Assembly (NCBI RefSeq): GCF_037042905.1
Contig: NC_087263.1
Location: 12,650,001 to 12,714,000 of the forward strand
Direction of reading: 5' to 3'
Source: Lytechinus pictus
Taxonomy: Eukaryota
DNA length: 64,000 nt
A program made the translations under genes and the position numbers. Shown piece by piece: positions 25,640 through 39,610 of the stretch (positions are counted from its first letter, which is position 1; each line of letters begins with the position of its first letter). Below the pieces are notes generated by a model. That model saw nothing but the letters and a program-made list of their open reading frames with translations, had not been told where the DNA came from and did not search any database.

Positions 25640-26027
25640 AATTGCCAGTTTGTCTACTGCCAACTCGTCCACTCACCTCATGGTCTACCTTCATTTAATC
25701 TAATGCCATTCCATCCATCAACATTTCGTCCACAACCATTTGGTCCAATAACCATTCGGTCCAATCATCACTTCGTCTAATCACCATTTCGCCTCATAGC
25801 CAGTTGGTCTAATATCCATTTCATTTTCATTCATTTTGTACAATGAACACTTGGTCCAATTAGACCAACTGGTATATGGACTATTGGACCAACTGGATAT
25901 TAGACAAAATGGTGAGTGGACGAATCGGCAATTAGACCATGTGGATAGTGGATGAACTGATGATATACCACTTAATAGACGAGTTGGCAATAGGACGAAG
26001 TGGCATTAGATGAATTGAAAAGAAATC
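25640..26027. mobile_element. Palindromic element built of short GGTCTAAT/GACCAA subrepeats (also about 36457-36858 and 58908-59290)
   Basis: three dispersed copies, each internally inverted. Confidence 0.7.
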
Positions 26028-26542
26028 AGATCAATTATAATTTCCCACCTTTACATAACAATAATAAGGCCTAAAGAAATTATGCTGCCCTTATCTGACT
26101 AACCATATACATGTAATACAAAAAATCAAAGTCACTTATTGTGCTTTATAAATGTATTAGTTACATATAATCTAACAAGTTTTCTTTTGGGGTTTTCATT
26201 TTTTCTAGCAATCTGCTTACGATAATAGTCCTGCAAATTGTAAATTGTTATTTGGCAGTAGATAATTTTTGTCTGTAATCATATCTCTTGTATACTTAAT
26301 CTCTTATACATATGCCAATAAAATCATTACCATATCAATTCAATTCAATTCTTTATTCCATTTCCATTCAAAACATAATACAAAGTAATATAAATCAGAT
26401 ACAATTTTACTGATGAACATTCTTACTGTGTTTGTTATGTTATGAATAACTTATTACAGGAATTATATGAATGCAGAAGAAAGCAATAAAATAAAGAACC
26501 AGTACAGTTAAATGTTAAAAATTCTGAATGTCTTGTCAATAG

Positions 26543-26718
26543 AAAAAGCCAGACACGCCATCGATGCTTCACGAGGCAACAAGCGACTGTCTATGTGCCG
26601 CCCTCTATAGTATGGAGGATGTAGAGGAGCATCTGCCGCTAGCAAAGGTCCTCTATCAAGGGATCAACCTACTTCCTGAGGCATACACAATGGCGGTTGC
26701 AGAAGACGATGTCGACAA
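26543..26718 (+). CDS. TNPO3: Transportin-3 exon 6 ([22 protein letters not shown]...[12 protein letters not shown])
   Basis: caatag| and AA|gtaggt; LHEA.SDC.C.ALY motif. Confidence 0.93.
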
Positions 26719-27155
26719 GTAGGTTCTAGCTCAGGCGTTCTCAATAAGCGGCTCATGCAACTTGCGGCGCAACCGGCCTTGTGAAGTGGTGCATTCATGC
26801 TGCTATGAAAAATAGATAAATGAATATAGATATTTCAATTTTTGTTCATAAATTCTCTTGAATTAATATTTATCTTGTTATTTTGGTCATTTGAAATGCC
26901 TCATACATAATAGCAGGGGGGGGGGGCTGTTTAACCCTTTAAACCCTCCTGTGAGATCTTTGTTGCTTTCTACAGAATTGTCTTTCCAAATCTTGATTAC
27001 CTGCTGAATCCTGTTACCATGTTAGTTTAATACCATAATGGACATATTTCCCATAATTGTATGTCTTCAAGAAATGGAGCCTCAAACTCTTTTCTATATC
27101 TGTGAAATTTGTTCGTGCAAGGACTTAGTTTGTTTTGTTTTGTCTGTTTTTGTAG

Positions 27156-27231
27156 GTGCATCAATTACTGTAGAATATTCACTGAGCTAGCAGAAGCTTT
27201 CATGGAAATGATGGTCGAGAGTCCAAACCAG
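27156..27231 (+). CDS. TNPO3: Transportin-3 exon 7 (CINYCRIFTELAEAFMEMMVESPNQ)
   Basis: tgtag| and CAG|gtataa; NYCRIFTEL motif. Confidence 0.95.
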
Positions 27232-27685
27232 GTATAAACGAATCTGTTTACTTTCATTTAGTCTCCAGAAGGTGGTCTACATGTTCTTCTCGGATAGTTC
27301 CATTATTGCTTTTGTCTAATTTCCAGTGGGTCCAAACTACATTTGGTTTTACATTACACTTGGAGTTCACTACACTTGTTTTACACTACACTTTGTGGAA
27401 ACTACACTTGGTGTTCACTACACTTGGTGTAACACCCACTAAATCTAATAATCATTTATTATCATGCTCAGATGGTGTAGTTTCCACTTTTCCTACACAT
27501 TATTTTGCTTTTTGAAAATTGTGATACCACGACCATGTTGTCATTTCTAATTCTACTGTGTACTTCAACAAACCATTTTTAAATTGAATTGAAATGGTTT
27601 TCAGCCTGGAGTATTTGGTAAAAATTGTTATACTTCATGGTCGTTTCTAACTTTTTTGATTTACTGATACTTCTTTCTCTCCCAG

Positions 27686-27895
27686 GGATTCGGTGACCTA
27701 CGCACCCTTGATGCCGTGTTGACCTGCGTCGGCCACCCGCAGAGTGAGGTCGCGGAGATCACGTTTAATTTCTGGTACCGCCTCTCGGAGATTATCTACA
27801 AGAGAGATAGCAGGGAGCTTACCGAGATGTACAGACCTCACATAGAAAGGCTTATACACTCGCTAAGTGTGCATTGTCAAATAGACTCAGATCAT
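27686..27895 (+). CDS. TNPO3: Transportin-3 exon 8 (GFGDLRTLDAVLTCVGHPQSEVAEITFNFWYRLSE...)
   Basis: cccag| and CAT|gtaagt; 210 bp. Confidence 0.95.
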
Positions 27896-29082
27896 GTAAG
27901 TTGGATCAATATTATAATGAGATTGTTTTTATGCAGATCTTGGCCTTTTTACGAAGAATAACGACTGATCCAATCAACCACAGCTATGGAAAGCCAGCAA
28001 TGTCAACATCCAAAATACATGTTTGTTCAAAATATTTTATAGATATGATGTATATTCATACATTCACTGTTTTCTTGACAATTCAGTATGCTTCTTTTTT
28101 GTTTTCAAAGGACATTGTGCAAATTTCCTTAAGAAAAAATTATGTCATTGATGGATGTCCATATACTTGAGGTTGATCGGATCGATCGTAATTCTTTGTA
28201 AGACTGGGCCCTGACATTCAAAGGCAATTTACACTTACTCAGTGTGCATTGTCAAATAGTATACAAATAATGAATGTTTGTGAGTGCAATGGACAGAATA
28301 CTTCATAAGGTACTTCATCTTTCACCGAATGAAGTATTCTGTCCATTGCACGAATGAAAAAACATTATTGTTTTATATGACACCTAAAAAATGATTTTTT
28401 TTTCATATGAAATTCATGAATTTCGATGCAAAACATGCTCATGCAGTGCGAGTTCGGTCTGTTGATTGTAACGTCATCGCAACATGCGCACTGCTGGTGC
28501 ATGAGCTGCAGTCTCGGTGCGCGAGTTCAATGGACAAAATCGTATGGATCCAACGTTGCACGATGAATGGATTAAAAATTGCACGGTTGATGACGTCATT
28601 GCAAAATGGGCTGAATGAACGATATCAAATCACAAGGATCTATCTAGGTGTTATGTAAATCTAGATCATGTAAGTTGGATCAATATCATAACAGGGGCCC
28701 GTTGCAGAAAGAGTTGCGATTAAACGCAAGCCAAAAAATGAATTGCAAGTCCCAAATGCGCGCTGTTGATTGGTTGAAAATCAAGTTAGGCATGATTTTT
28801 AGAGTTGCGATTGATTGCAACTCTTTCTGCAACGGGCCCCAAGGAGTTTACAAATGGGAGTGTTTCCTGTAGAAATTTGTCGGTGAATTTTCACTGACTG
28901 CCGAATTCCGAGCCAATCAGATGCAAGGATTTCAGTAGCTTATAACAGTGAAAAATCATTCCTGAAAGGCTCCCCTTAAAACCTAACGGGTGCTCCGAGC
29001 TCAGAAGACAATGAATCTCTTACCATATACCCTAATTGGCAGGTATTTGTATTTAATTGCCATTATTCTGATCTCTTTACAG

Positions 29083-29190
29083 GAAGGAATTCCCGACGAA
29101 TCTGACGACTTTGGTGACTTCAGAGTAAGGGTTTCAGAACTAATCAAAGATGTCATCTTCATCGTTGGTTCTTCCTCCTGTTTTGCACAA
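29083..29190 (+). CDS. TNPO3: Transportin-3 exon 9 ([36 protein letters not shown])
   Basis: ttacag| and CAA|gtaagt; 108 bp. Confidence 0.95.
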
Positions 29191-30412
29191 GTAAGTACTC
29201 GGCCTTAGCAGGTTGAAAAGAAGTTGAAGGCCATATAATTTCCCCCAAAACAAAAGCTGAATTGAAACCACGGTTCAGACGTATGCAGATTTCATCCATT
29301 GATTAAGATATAGGGTTAGGGTTCCAATAGGGTTTTATTTTAGGGTTAGGTTCAGGATATGGTATAGTGTTGAACCAAGAAGAAGCTTATTCCTTTAGTG
29401 TGTTGAATTTACTGCTTATTCTTTGATTTTTATGTTTCCACACAAGTCCACATGTTCCAAAGGCATTCCCCTTTAAAGCTTATCCAACATTGCAGATTCA
29501 GGAAGTACATGTAAGAGCTGTGAAATGAAGCCCACGAAAATTGAAAATTAATTATTTGCCTGTAATGATGTAATGTTACCTCAGAAGCAAGCACCTATTT
29601 TTGAAGGGACTGTGATAAAAGCACGCATTCATTAATGAGCATTACTACAAGCAGAATGTTGGAGGAAAAACAATAATAACCTGTGCATCAAAGCTTGCTC
29701 CGGCGACAATTGCTCTGCAGTAAATTCAACACACTAAAGGACTAAGCTTCTTTTTTGGTTTAACACTATACCCTATCCTGAACCTTACCTCTGAACCTAA
29801 CCCTAAAAAATCAAAGAATATTTGAGAAAAATCAGACAAATAATGAGAAAGTTATGAGCATTTGAATATTGCAATCACTAATGCTATGGATATCCTCACA
29901 TTGGCAATGCGTCATGTGAACAACTTTCCCTTTGGTGGATTATAAAATACCCGCAAAATATCTCTATTTTCTCATGGTGATACAAAATCTTTATCCATAA
30001 TGTATTCTTTAAAAATTTGTATTGCATGCCCTCGTACAGAAAGAATACATTAATATTGATAGATGTGATGAAAGAGGCAGTTTATGTGAAATATATACAA
30101 AAGTACTGGGAGAGTTGTTCACAAGTGACATCACACATCTTTGTCGCATTGCCAATAGGAGGATCTCCATAGCATAAGTGATCGCAATATTCAAATGCTC
30201 ATAACTTTCTCATTATTTGTCCGATTTTTTTCAAACTTTCGTTGATCTGTTTCTTTGATTTTTCTGTTTTCACACAAGCTATCTTGTTCCCAAGGTTTTA
30301 TTTTCCTTTAACATTGCAACAAATGGGGGTGATTTTTTTCCAGGGCTCCCTCTTTGAGTTTCCAGGGGATAAATCACCCCAGCCCCAGTGTAATTTTTCC
30401 CGGTATCATTAT

Positions 30413-30839
30413 CAGACCTGCCAACCAGTACGTTTTAGCCGTATTTAGTACGTTTTTGCAACCAAAATACGGCAGTACGTTTTTTTTTTTATTTTATTTT
30501 TTTACTAAATCGTAATTTATTGAGAAAAATAATCTCTATATGTCTCTGTTTCATAAAACGTACACAAATATGGTTAATAGATCAATGTAATTTCAGGTAA
30601 CTTTTTTTGCCAATCATTTTGTTAAAACCATTTTGTTAAAACCAGTGTGAAGATATACATGTTTTAATGTTTTTTTTTTCATCTGCAAGAGCAGTGCACA
30701 TTTTAGCTTGCATGCAGCTTGAACGCCGCGATGAGCGAGTGCGCCAAGCATTTTATTATGAAATACACTTTTTTTGGGAAAAATACACTTTTTTAAATCA
30801 CAGAATACAGTTTTTCATTCCTAGAGGTTGGCAGGTCTG
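30413..30839. mobile_element. MITE, same family as 6444-6917
   Basis: TIR CAGACCTGCCAACC; flanks CATTAT and CATTGT. Confidence 0.8.
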
Positions 30840-30968
30840 CATTGTAGTCTGTTATCATTGATGTACTCTTAATAAGCTATAGTCACAGAGTGATGTCGAT
30901 TTTAGAATGTGCCTAAACAGGAATTTAATGGGCATTTTCTATATTGCACATGTTGTGTTTCTCCCCAG

Positions 30969-31063
30969 ATGTTTCACAATCTGGCCAGCCAGCAAGGTGC
31001 ATCATGGGAAGTGACGGAGGCTGCCCTCTTCATCATGAGTTCGGTTGCGAAGAACGTCCTCCC
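30969..31063 (+). CDS. TNPO3: Transportin-3 exon 10 (MFHNLASQQGASWEVTEAALFIMSSVAKNVL)
   Basis: cccag| and CC|gtaagt; WEVTEA.LFIM motif. Confidence 0.94.
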
Positions 31064-31462
31064 GTAAGTAAATTGCATTGTTGCGTTAAAAGTTACAAAT
31101 TTTGCAGAAATATAATGAATATTGTTACTGCCACCAAAGTAAAGTATCAGCTCTAAAATTGATATTGATGAATTTCAAACGAAGTAGACATTTATTCACC
31201 AAGAGTGTCGTGAAACTGTAAACGGACAATGCACAGAATACAAGAAATTGCTGATTGTCCAGGTAGAGAAATAACCTTTTTCACATGATGAGGAAAAAAT
31301 GTCTTAATACTTTCACATATCACATGATAAAATGAAAAATAATGCCTTGATTTATTTGTCTGTTTCACAGCAGTTTCACATTTCCTCCAAAAATCACTTG
31401 TCACATCTTTTTTATTTAACTCTCATACATTTTACTACAATTGGTATTTATCTTGGATACAG

Positions 31463-31602
31463 AGATGAAACAGCAGTAGTCCCTCAAGTAATGCAAGCCA
31501 TCATCAGCCTTCCAGAAGGAACACATAAAGCAGTCAGGTACACGAGCACAAGGATTCTAGGAGAGCTTGCGGAATGGATCGAGAAACATCCTGACTATCT
31601 TG
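31463..31602 (+). CDS. TNPO3: Transportin-3 exon 11 (DETAVVPQVMQAIISLPEGTHKAVRYTSTRILGELAEWIEKHPDYL)
   Basis: tacag| and G|gtgagt; AVRYTS motif. Confidence 0.94.
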
Positions 31603-31620
31603 GTGAGTACATATGCATAA

Positions 31621-31897
31621 CCGTATATTTACCCAGGGTAGCCACTTCAGTTCCGAAAACTGTTCTCCCAGCGGGCCCTGCTATTATTATTACCCGGCTA
31701 AGCTAGGCTACCTATTCAGATGCACACAGCTTCTTGAGGAATTACATCCTGCCGATACCCATTTACCTCACCTGGGTCGAGTGCAGCACACTGGATGAAT
31801 TCCTTGCTGAAGGAAATTACGCCATGGCTGGGATTTGAACCGACGGCCCTCTGTTTCAAAGTCTTGAGACTAATCCACCGGGCCACGACGTTCCACT
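31621..31897 (-). mobile_element. tRNA-derived SINE, same family as 433-720
   Basis: reverse-complement match along the whole length; starts 18 nt after the exon 11 donor. Confidence 0.85.
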
Positions 31898-32298
31898 TTA
31901 AAACGGTTCTTTGGACAAATACCAAGGCCAACTGTTAACATTATCAAAATAAAAGTCCAAGGGCTTGTTTCATAAAGAGTTACAACTGTTGTAACTTTGC
32001 CATTATGGCAACTACTACAGTAACCTGGATTTCGATTGACTGCTGAGCCCCGTTGCCGTAGCCTGAAAAATGAGAATACTGATGGTTTGAAGCGAAATAC
32101 TGATTTCTAAATTTTCAGTCATACATATGTGTGTGTTGTGCCAAGTGCCAACTTGCGGCTTAAAGAATACTCAAATGTTCCTGTTTAACGTTAGCAGCTC
32201 TGCAAATGAGTTCAGCACTTCTGGTGTTAGACTAGCTTCTTAGAGACCGAGCAACTATAAACTTTTTTTTCATCTGCTCTCTCTCCTACTTCATATAG

Positions 32299-32490
32299 AT
32301 CCTGTGCTGAACTTTCTTATGACTGGTCTTCGGGATGAGGATCTAGCTTCAGTTTCCGGCCAGTCGATACAGAGTATCTGCTCACAGTGCCAAGACCACT
32401 TACAGGGGCATTTAGAGTGTCTCCTGAATATAGCCCAGGCCGTCGATGCCTTCAATCTGACGGGAGACTCGGCGTTAGGAATCATAAAGG
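32299..32490 (+). CDS. TNPO3: Transportin-3 exon 12 (DPVLNFLMTGL...DSALGIIK)
   Basis: atatag| and G|gtaggc; 192 bp, phase 1-1. Confidence 0.94.
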
Positions 32491-33335
32491 GTAGGCTGGC
32501 AGTACGTGTTGATAATCTGTCGGGTGGTGGTGATTGAGAAAAAATAAACTGAGAGATTCAGCGTAAGGAATTATTAAGGGTGACTGGCAGTATGTGTAGA
32601 TAATCTGCGGGGGGGGGGGCGATTGAGAAAAAACACAGAGAGAGTGCCTCCTAAATATAGCCAAGGACGTCGATGCCTTCAATCTGTCGGGACACTTGAC
32701 ATTAGGAATTATAAAGGGTAGGCTGGCAGTATGTGTTGATAATCTGCGGGGGGGGGGGGCAATTGAGAAAAAAAAACTGAGAGAGCAGAAAGAGAGAGTG
32801 TCTTCTAAATACAGCCCAGGCTGTTGATGCCTTCAATCTGTCGGGACACTAAGCATCAGGAATCATTAAGGGTAGCTGGGCTGCATGGGGGAGGGGTGAT
32901 TTGAGAGTAAAGACAAGGAGGCAAGAGAAAAAGAAAAGAGAGATAGTGTCTTCTAGATAAAGCCCTTGATGTCGATGCCTTCAAATCGACGGGAGATTCG
33001 GCATTTGGAATATCAGAAAGGGTAGGCCGGTCTTATTAGCATGTGTGATGTGTGGGGGGGTAGGTTAATATAGATTGAGAGAAGAAAAAACAAGGGGAAA
33101 ACAAGCGAAAAAGAAAGAAAGAGTGTCTCCTAAACAAGCAAAAGTTGTAAATGGTGATTTCTTGCTTGATAAAAAAGTGAGAATGCAAATGAGAGAGAGA
33201 AGACTTTTTAGGATAACCCAGGCTGTCAAATGCAAGGGATACAACAAACATGAAATGAAAGAAGTAAGTACATTCACAAAATTACAATTTAAGATATATA
33301 TCAATTATCTTTTTTTTTCTTTCATGTAAATGTAG

Positions 33336-33427
33336 GTACAGCCTTGGTGCTGACTAGGATGCCCTTAGACAAGGTTCAAGATGGTCTGAAAAGATTAGTC
33401 CTGGTCCAAGTCACGTCACTGTCACAG
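33336..33427 (+). CDS. TNPO3: Transportin-3 exon 13 (GTALVLTRMPLDKVQDGLKRLVLVQVTSLSQ)
   Basis: tgtag| and CAG|gtgggt; GTALVL.R.PLDK motif. Confidence 0.93.
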
Positions 33428-34491
33428 GTGGGTGGGTTAGGAACCCCAAATCTTGTTCTGAAAAGAAAAAAAAAATAATGACAACTTTCTGCTCAACCCA
33501 TCAATAGCCTGAAGTTACCATTGATATCGGGTTTATGAAACATGGGTCCCGTAATAACAAGGTTAGCGATTAATCGTACACTCTATTTTCACGATTGATT
33601 GTACATCGTGGTCAATGGAAAACGTTCTACAATCATTGCTAAGCTTTTTGTTGCGGGCCCATGGTCCCTGTTTGCTATTATTTTTATGTGCTAGAAGTTG
33701 ATGACAAATTTTCTCTCAACCAATCAGATCGCCTCATTTCAGTAGCTTATAATGGTAGCTAGAAACCTTTTTTTTTCTTTATCAAATAATTTTATTTCAA
33801 AATATCTTACGACCATATAAAACATAACATAAAACTAATTATATCCATAACATATAAGTAATAATACAAGCTGGAAACTTACCACTGATAATAACTTGAT
33901 CACTCTTTCAGTAAAGCTATCATTTAAACATACACTAGAAATGACAAACTCGTTCCAAACTAATCTAAATTTCAAAATTCAAACCTTGTTTTCGAGTTAT
34001 TTTGTGAAGCTCTCTCTGAATTTCTTCTGCATTAAATCTAGTACCTGTGAGGGTTATTGTTGCTGAAATTTGACAAGTTATGTATCATTTTAAACCCAAT
34101 CCAATCCAATAGACATTTGATTTAGCGCCTTTTCATTTTGCTTAAAAAGCGATGGACACACACTTAAAGCTTAGGATATACTTTTTAAAGCTCAACGAAA
34201 ATCTCAAAATTCATTTTGGTTTTCATAGTTCCATTTGATTGCAATGCTTTCTGCAACGGCCCCTGGTAGGGGTTTCATAGAGCAGTTTGTGAAGTTATGA
34301 ACAACTTGATAATGCAGAGCTAGAACATGTTCTCGGATGTCAAGTCAGCTACATACGCATACATCATTTAGTGCAAGAAATGGTCACCAGTCATGCATAA
34401 AGTCATTCATAACTTACAAACAGCTTTATGAATACACCCACCGGGGGATGTCTCAAAAAGAGATAAGGGTGAATAAGAGAGTCATGCTTAA

Positions 34492-34980
34492 CCCTAAAAA
34501 AGAGGGGGGGGGGCTGATTCAGCCCCCCCTTAACATTTTTCACGATAAATCCGCTGCGCAAAATTTCTTGAGCGCGTCTCCCGCTGACTTTTTACTTGCA
34601 AGTCTTGCGCAACTTTTGAGACCAAAGTTGCGACCCCCAGGTACGCGGTTCCGAAATTACGCAACATTTTGTAAGTGGATTTCAGACCCAAAACTGCTAA
34701 AAAACATGAATTCTCATACAAATCCAATGCAAATTGTGTATTTCGCCAAAAGTCATGAATGTACCATTATTTATACTTTTACTTATTAAACTTGATTAAT
34801 TTTGTCTTGTTTATGATCAGAATTAAGTCTGCATCAATTTCCATGGAAAACACATTCAAAAACGAAAAGTCGAAAAACAAAGAAATACAATGTACATAAG
34901 AAAAAACAAAAAACAAAGTACATTGGAAAAAATTGCGATACCAAATTTTTTTTGAAGTACGTTTGCTCGGTATCCCCCCG
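34492..34980. mobile_element. Truncated piggyBac-like MITE of the 57307 family
   Basis: TTAACCCTAA left end; internal gaccaaa...gtacgcggttcc.aaattacgcaacattttgtaagtg match. Confidence 0.7.
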
Positions 34981-35126
34981 GCTGTGTCAGCTACATGTAC
35001 ATGTGGATATATCATTTAGTGCAAGAAATGGTCACCCAGTCATGCACAAAGTCATTCATAACTTACAAACAGCTTTATGAAAACACCCACCAGGGGGATG
35101 TTTCATAAAGAGATAAGGGTGACTTA

Positions 35127-35650
35127 GGATGTGTTCAATGTTGATCTTTGAATTTAAACAGCAACATAAATCATGATTGAAAACTCAATTCCCAAACACC
35201 GATCTCCAATACGATCGGCGATGCACCGTTCAGTGTTGAAAATATAAAGCCGTTTATATGTTGATCGTGTTTAAATTTCCTGCTTTTGTTAGCGCAGCTT
35301 TATTGCTCCGTTTGACCAATCACAAGAAAGGTCAATTCTGGCACCTGCTTGTGTAGGCTTCCACTGCGAGAGCAAATTCAAAGACGCTTCAAAACGCAAT
35401 TGTGTTTAATGTTGCATTCGCGATGCTCAAGGTCGTAAATTTGAGCTGATCGCGTTTACAAACGCATCTTTTTTTACGTTTAAGTTTTCCTCCGAATCGT
35501 GATTTGAAAGAAGTTTACTTTTACGACCGGGAATAGTGGATGTTGAACACACCCTTTGTTTCTCAGTATATCTGCGATTCGTAATCACATTTTCAATCGT
35601 GATCCATGTTGCCGTTTAAATTTGGAAACGGACATTGAACACACCCTTAG
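35127..35650. mobile_element. Harbinger-like MITE
   Basis: TTA|GGATGTGTTCAATGT...ACATTGAACACACCC|TTA. Confidence 0.65.
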
Positions 35651-36350
35651 AGAGTCCTGGTTAAACGCCAACGCATACATGATGTTAAACATGTAATGAT
35701 TGATGGATATGCGGTAGTGCGTGTCCCTTGTGCATGATCTGACCAAAGCGGTGATGAGTTATGTACCTCAAACAACTGAAATTGAAGTACGACTCTAACT
35801 GCCCTTTCACATGGTAAAAAAATTTGTAACTTGAATTTTGATTCCAGTGAAAAATAAGGTTAATGCCGATTTTTAGCACGTGTGAAACCAAACTAGCACA
35901 TGATTAGAATCATGAACGTTAATCACAATCACAAATTCAGATTCTACTCTGGAGGTGAATTCCAGTTAAGTTTCACTCACTGTGAAAGGCTTGACCTCCA
36001 AAACATCTTTTTGGGCGCAGAGCTTACATGTACGTGACCATTCAAGCACTTCCATAGATAATACAATTGTCATGCGGTCATCGTAGTTTGTATTTGTGAT
36101 GCCGTGCTTTGATTGACAAGTCACCAAGGACACATACCGCCTTCGCTCGGGAATTCGAATTCAAATCACAGTTTTCGAGTGAGCGTGTGAAAGGTCCGAT
36201 GATTCTATAGATGAATTGCAATCATCATTACAATGATGATTCAAGATTCACGTATGAAAAGACCCTAAGTCATACTTAAATCTTTGTGAAACACCCCCTC
36301 CCCTGTATAGTAATTCATTTATTTAGGGATTTTAATCTTTTCTTGTTCAG

Positions 36351-36433
36351 ATCGTGAAAGGTGAGACATCAACCAAACAAGGCTCATCAACCGACCCCGT
36401 GATCTGGCTTGATAGGCTAGCAACTATATTCAG
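36351..36433 (+). CDS. TNPO3: Transportin-3 exon 14 (IVKGETSTKQGSSTDPVIWLDRLATIF)
   Basis: ttcag| and AG|gtaagt; DP..WLDRLA.IFR motif. Confidence 0.94.
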
Positions 36434-37769
36434 GTAAGTAGTCATTGAGAGATCAGGTTTATTTTCAATCGGTCTAATACCGATTCGTCCAATTATCACC
36501 TCGACTGCTATCATTTGGTCTACCATCAGTTTGTCTACCTATCTACTTGGTCTAATTGCCATTTCGTCTAATAATGAGTTGGTCCAATAGCCATTTAGTC
36601 CATATACTATTTGGTCTAATTGGACTTAGTGTTAATTGGGGGAATAAAAGACAAGAAAATGGGTATTAGACCAACTGGTTATGAGACGAAATGGTCATAG
36701 ACGAATTGGTGATTAGATGAAGCGATGATTGGACCAAATGGTCATTGGACCAAATGGTTGTTAGACGAAATGTTGATGGACGGAATGGCATTAGACTTAA
36801 TGAAGGTAGACCATGCGGTAGGTGGACAAGTTAGCAATAGACGAACTGGCAATTTACCAAGAATGCACCCCGGTGGACACCACCTGAAAAAGAATTGTGA
36901 CTGCTCAGGGCCCTGTTTCATAAACACTTGTTATAATAAGAAATGCACATTTTCTATAACAAGTTTACTACTAGCCAATCAAATCAAATGGTTTCAGTAG
37001 CTTTAAACTGTTATTGCAGATTTGTTATTATAAAAAAGTTCAATGAAATGGTCCCCAGATCATTATAACAAAAAATGTATGGCAAGCCAGTGACTCCAAC
37101 ATCTTGAAAGCCTATATTCATTCAAAGTGTTTTATACATGTAGATATGGGGGGCACCCATACATCCTTGTCTTGAAACCCCCCCCCCCCCTAGTTTTATC
37201 TTGCCTGTGTAGCGGAAGCGAGATGTAAGTGCCGCTTTTCCGACAATGAAAATGGCGGCGATGGATCATTGTATTGTAAATACAAAGGGTAAATGAAAAA
37301 CAAAAAGAAATAGTTGATCTTCAAATGTCACAAAGTCAACACTGCTGCTGTATTGCATTGAGCATTCTGACATACGATCATTGCTTAGCTTCAGAACCAG
37401 GTTCCTGGGAACTGTGTATTCGGTCAGCAACAGTGTTGCTCAAGACTTATAACAAAAAAAGTCTTGATACGTCTTGTTGTGAGCTTACATACTAATTCTG
37501 CTTCTTTCCTGTTACTAGTGACTATTTTCATTGTACTTTCAACGATAATAAGTGAATGCTTTTAAGACATGTTGAATGAGAAATCACTAGAACCTGAAAA
37601 GGGATACTGGATTGGTTTGCCAAAATATTTTTTTTTTTCCAGAAAATTCCCATAACCTGAAAATGAGGCATGTAAATATAATGACAACACTTTCAAACAC
37701 AGGAAATTTTGCAAGTTCTTGTTCTTATCTGCCCTATAAAAAAAAAAAAAATTCTGATTGCATAATCTG

Positions 37770-39610
37770 TGTGGGGTGTCGTGGTCTAGTGGTTATGACT
37801 CTCGTTTTTCAATCTGAGGGATGCGGGTTCAATATCCAGCCATGACATATTTTCCTTCAGCGAGAAATCTACCCACATTGTGCTGCACTCAAACCAGGTG
37901 AGGTAAATGAGTAATGTTGTAACCCGCAAGTGAACACCCGAACCGTACCGTCCCGTATAATCCAATAATTTGCAAGCGGGACCCGCTGACCCGTCAGGTT
38001 TTAACCCGCAAGTCAATTTATCTTTGAAAAATGAAAAATATTATTTCTGCAATCCCCACACTATACAGGCTCAAATCAGGAAAATATATGCCAACTACTA
38101 ACCTAGCCTAGAGTGAATTTACTTACAATTTGCATTTGACCTTTTATTTCGGAGAGAAAATATTTTTTGGGGTGACTTTGTACCACGAAATGGGTCCGCT
38201 CTGATCTCGAAATTGAAAGCATTACGCAATTAACTCCTCTGATTGGAGCCGCAGCTCAGCGTGCGCTAGCTAGCCCAGGCTGCCCAGCAAAGATCGGCTA
38301 TGTTGTTTTTCATTCCAGGTCGGTCGACACGGCGACTCACAACAATCATAATTACAATATTAAATTCTATGGGACCTCGTCTATAAAGTAATCAAAATTG
38401 AAATAAATACCAGGATAATGATACAGTCAATTTTGTCTGTATATCTCCATAATATTTCCTTCTGTTTTTGTATTTCTTCCAATTCTTTGTAAACTAATAC
38501 AAACGTGCATGAGGGCGCCCATGAACTTACGTAAACAGCTCGTGTTACTAGTGCTTAGCTAGCTTAGCTAGGCTTTTATTTATTTTTTATCTCTCTCGAT
38601 CGATCGGTCAAGAGAGAGGTATTTGAAAGAAACTTGCAATCCATTGCAATCCAAATTTACATCTTCAGAAATCTTAAAGACTTTCAATCAATTGTACATC
38701 GGAAAATTAAGAGATCTGGGCATTCAGGGTGCGGGGGCTTCAGTTTTCATCAGAAAATATATGAAATAACGAAAAGGAGGGTTAGGTAGCCACTAGACTA
38801 GACCAGCTTAGCATGTCTTCAAAAATGGGCAGCTAACACTCTGACCTGACGGCACGCTCTATCAGGTCATGACCTAATTTGGTAATCCAATAAGCAAACA
38901 ACTGTCTCACTGCCGTGCACCGCAAATCCCTCGAGCTCAAACAGCGAGCGTTGCCGTGGAAACAGGCTAGACTCGCCCCACTCCAAGTCATAAAGCATTT
39001 CTTTCTCTGCCACGTGGCCTATCAGCTCCTTGCCAGACATGATTACGCAATGTATTCTGGCTTCTGTTTACATTCTCCGAACACATCCCCTCCCCTCTCT
39101 CTCTCTCTCTCCCCCTCTCCCAGTCGTAAAACATTCCTTTCTCTGACTGCGCTGCACTGGCGCTCCTTTGAAAGAGCAACTCGGATGTATTATGTCGAAC
39201 TGTCTCAGTCCTGTTCACTGTTCACAAGACAAAAATACGCCGGCATTTTTTAAAAGGAAATATCTACGTCTCTAAAAGAATCCGGCACGTAAGAAGCACA
39301 TGATTCTAACTCAATTTTCATTGTTAATGTTTGTATTATGCAGCGTTACTTCTCCCTTTTTTTCGTATGACGGTCTGCGGGTTTGAGAATAAACTCGGCC
39401 CGGCACGCAACCCGCGATCAGGGGCATACCGGCAGGTTAACCCATACCGCAACGGGTGCGGGTTACAACATTATAAATGAGTACCCTGCAGGAAGAAATT
39501 CCTTGAATGCCAGAGCGCCTCTAGGCAGCACGGCTATAGCTGGGGTAATAATTGCGCAGTTGAGTATATACATGTACATATAGAAATTGCGCAGTATAAA
39601 TGTACAATTT
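37770..39610 (+). mobile_element. tRNA-SINE (37770-37911 plus 39474-39610) split by a hAT-like insertion
   Basis: A and B boxes at the 5' end; the core aggtaaatgag|taccc resumes after the insertion. Confidence 0.75.
37912..39473. mobile_element. Non-autonomous hAT-like DNA transposon, 1562 bp
   Basis: 17-bp perfect TIR TAATGTTGTAACCCGCA; perfect 8-bp TSD TAAATGAG at 37904-37911 and 39474-39481. Confidence 0.9.

Noticed and set aside
29300..29810. TTAGGG-like motifs suggesting interstitial telomere
   Set aside because: Only scattered degenerate units, arranged as inverted arms of a dispersed repeat.
34337..34789. 150-aa ORF as a possible transposase
   Set aside because: Spans two different non-autonomous elements; no DDE motif; frame not kept in paralogs.
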